IMG/VR virus record: IMGVR_UViG_3300045988_104568
Span: 1-37,628 of that record
Length of the DNA stretch: 37,628 nucleotides
Strand: one strand, 5' to 3'
Source of the DNA: a virus
The notes below the pieces were generated by a model. That model searched no databases and had not been told where the DNA came from. It was given only the letters and a program-made list of their open reading frames with translations. Shown piece after piece: positions 36,071-37,628 of the stretch (position 1 is its first letter; each line of letters begins with the position of its first letter). The position numbers and the translations under genes were made by a program.

Positions 36071-36103
36071 ACAAAAATACCACCGGCCTTTCGACTGGTG
36101 GTA
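36071..36103 (-). terminator. Intrinsic terminator directly after the small ORF downstream of MuF
   Basis: The minus strand reads TACCACCAG-tcgaaagg-CCGGTGGTA followed by TTTTTGT. It begins 1 nt after the stop at 36105. Confidence 0.65.
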
Positions 36104-36104
36104 G

Positions 36105-36374
36105 CTACATGGATAATACTTTTATATCATTCCATAATTCCTTTAACTGTCTATCATTTATTTTATGTTTATCAAGCATTGCCTTGGCATCTGTATAGAA
36201 ATTAGTCTCACCTTCTGGACACCTGCATATAAACGGCTCATCATCTCTCCACGAAATATTATATCTTTCTCCATAAAGAATAAACTCGATATCTAATCCT
36301 ATCTCTATAGCTTCTGACAGCTCAGACAAGTTCTCAAATTTTGCATAATCTTTATACTCAATCATTTCAATCAC
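36105..36374 (-). CDS. 89-aa acidic protein translationally coupled to the MuF gene (possible immunity/antidote)
   Basis: The ATG overlaps the MuF stop (ATGA). Translation begins MIEMIEYKDYAKFENLSELSEAIEIG... Confidence 0.65.
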   Translation of the reverse strand: MIEMIEYKDYAKFENLSELSEAIEIGLDIEFILYGERYNISWRDDEPFICRCPEGETNFYTDAKAMLDKHKINDRQLKELWNDIKVLSM

Positions 36375-37628
36375 CTCTTCTCGAGAATATCTTTATTAGC
36401 AATTTCATGCCCTAATTTAAGTGGATTATCGTGCTTTGCTTCACGTTTCAAGTTACCTTTTTCATCAAGATACCAGTTATGATAATGTGGTACAATCGGA
36501 TGTTCTTTTGAATTTCCGTGATTCGTCATATCTATGTCCAATCTTGGTCTTCCATCATTTCCGTAATATCTACGTCTCTGCAAGGCACCATCTTTGAAAT
36601 TATCAAACACGCTATTCGGAGTACCTTTATACGGGATAGAATGTACTTCTCCTATTTGTTTCTTCTTCAGTGCTTGACTCTGCCATTTTACATCTGTATA
36701 TGTTTCACTGATAATTTTCCACTTCTCACTATCATTATATTTCACCTGACCGAAATTAACAAGCGAACCCATAGAATCTCCCAGAACTTCTTTATAACGC
36801 TTATACTGAGCTACATCCTTGGAAGCATTTTCGATCATTTCCGGCGGGAACAATGCATTCTGTCGTTTGCTATTTGTTGCCACCCGACCTTTCATATCCA
36901 GGTAAATACGCTCACGTTCTTCCGTAAGCTTCATTTTCCGGCAAAATCTGGAATATTCATTTAACTGTCCTTGACACTTTGCTTTATGCAACAGAATTTC
37001 ATCCGGATCAGCCTTGCCTTTCTGGAGCAGTCGAACCTTTTCTCTTTGCGCCCGCATCGCCAATTCCATCTGACGTTGCTTTTGTTTGGCTTCATACAAG
37101 GTATATTCCTTATCTCCAAACTTCTTCGGTTCACTCTCTTCCAGATTCTTGGCATCCAGCCACTCATCCGACCAGTTACGTTCGGACAATCCCGGAAAGA
37201 ACGGATAATAAGTATGATAGCAGTTCGCGCCAAGAAGTCCCGTGACCGTTCCCAAACCGCATACTGAATATAGCTGTTGTTTTGACCAGACACGCCCCTG
37301 CCATACTGCATGAGTCGGACGTGCTCCGGCATGCCACTCCACCTCAAAATACTCTGTACCAAGCTTCTGTGCGTTGTACTCAGATATCTTTCCGGTAATC
37401 TGACTGACTGCAGTCATTACCGCTCTCCTTGCAGCCACATCCACCCGATCGACTCTCCCTGAAGCATAATCAATCTTCCGAAGTCCGCTGTTCGTAAGCT
37501 GTATAACTACTCGTCTCAGGACACTGTTATAATCAAACGCGCCGGTTACGATATCATAACATGCTGCATCCAGATATCCGGAATATACCTGAGCAAGTGG
37601 TGTCAGTACCTTCCTATCATTTCCATAA
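36371..37628 (-). CDS. C-terminal part of the MuF/SPP1 gp7-like protein (full length about 554 aa after circular joining), with a C-terminal extension of about 150 aa
   Basis: The frame is open from the window end down to 36371. The MuF core is EVEWHAGARPTHAVWQGRVW...GANCYHTYYPFFPG. The tail reads YYGNDGRPRLDIDMTNHGNSKEHPIVPHYHNWYLDEKG. Confidence 0.85.
   Translation of the reverse strand, partial: YGNDRKVLTPLAQVYSGYLDAACYDIVTGAFDYNSVLRRVVIQLTNSGLRKIDYASGRVDRVDVAARRAVMTAVSQITGKISEYNAQKLGTEYFEVEWHAGARPTHAVWQGRVWSKQQLYSVCGLGTVTGLLGANCYHTYYPFFPGLSERNWSDEWLDAKNLEESEPKKFGDKEYTLYEAKQKQRQMELAMRAQREKVRLLQKGKADPDEILLHKAKCQGQLNEYSRFCRKMKLTEERERIYLDMKGRVATNSKRQNALFPPEMIENASKDVAQYKRYKEVLGDSMGSLVNFGQVKYNDSEKWKIISETYTDVKWQSQALKKKQIGEVHSIPYKGTPNSVFDNFKDGALQRRRYYGNDGRPRLDIDMTNHGNSKEHPIVPHYHNWYLDEKGNLKREAKHDNPLKLGHEIANKDILEKR
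37574..37628. repeat. Second copy of the 55-nt terminal duplication
   Basis: Exact match to 1..55. Confidence 0.95.

Noticed and set aside
35941-36198. 85-aa plus-strand ORF across the structured intergenic region
   Set aside because: It spans the terminator hairpins and the antisense of a supported ORF, and has no RBS.

Overview
The window is a complete, circularly closed genome of a temperate siphovirus-like phage. Unique length is about 37,573 bp, and bases 1-55 are repeated exactly at 37574-37628, which looks like an assembly overlap. The host is probably a moderate-GC Bacillota (Clostridia-like) bacterium, but that is inferred from protein families only.

Almost all genes are on the minus strand. 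Read 5'->3' on that strand they run:
- Cro-like regulator (16650).
- Early, replication and recombination genes: SMC-like ATPase, Sak4-like AAA_24 ATPase, DUF669, SF2 helicase, primase-polymerase/helicase, a putative iteron origin, and RusA.
- Small early genes, then a DUF1492/sigma-region-4-like late regulator (5609-5193).
- An AT-rich insulated two-gene moron (4999-3643).
- terS, terL, portal, and a MuF/SPP1-gp7-like head protein that crosses the window ends and carries a C-terminal extension plus an overlapping small ORF.
- Scaffold, major capsid, head-tail connectors, major tail protein, chaperones, tape measure, Dit, Tal, and two BppU-type baseplate/receptor-binding proteins (one fused to an SGNH esterase).
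- Holin and endolysin.

The plus strand carries the lysogeny module: CI-like repressor, ImmA-like protease, a lipoprotein and a large serine integrase, followed by an attP-like palindrome. It also carries one orphan membrane-protein gene (15888-16307) embedded in the early operon.

The best candidate for an undescribed system is the low-GC cassette at 3608-5091. It is bounded by terminators, has its own promoter, and encodes a 376-aa protein plus a small two-TM protein, neither of which I can assign to a named family. All functional calls rest on motif and synteny recognition by eye. No database search was run.
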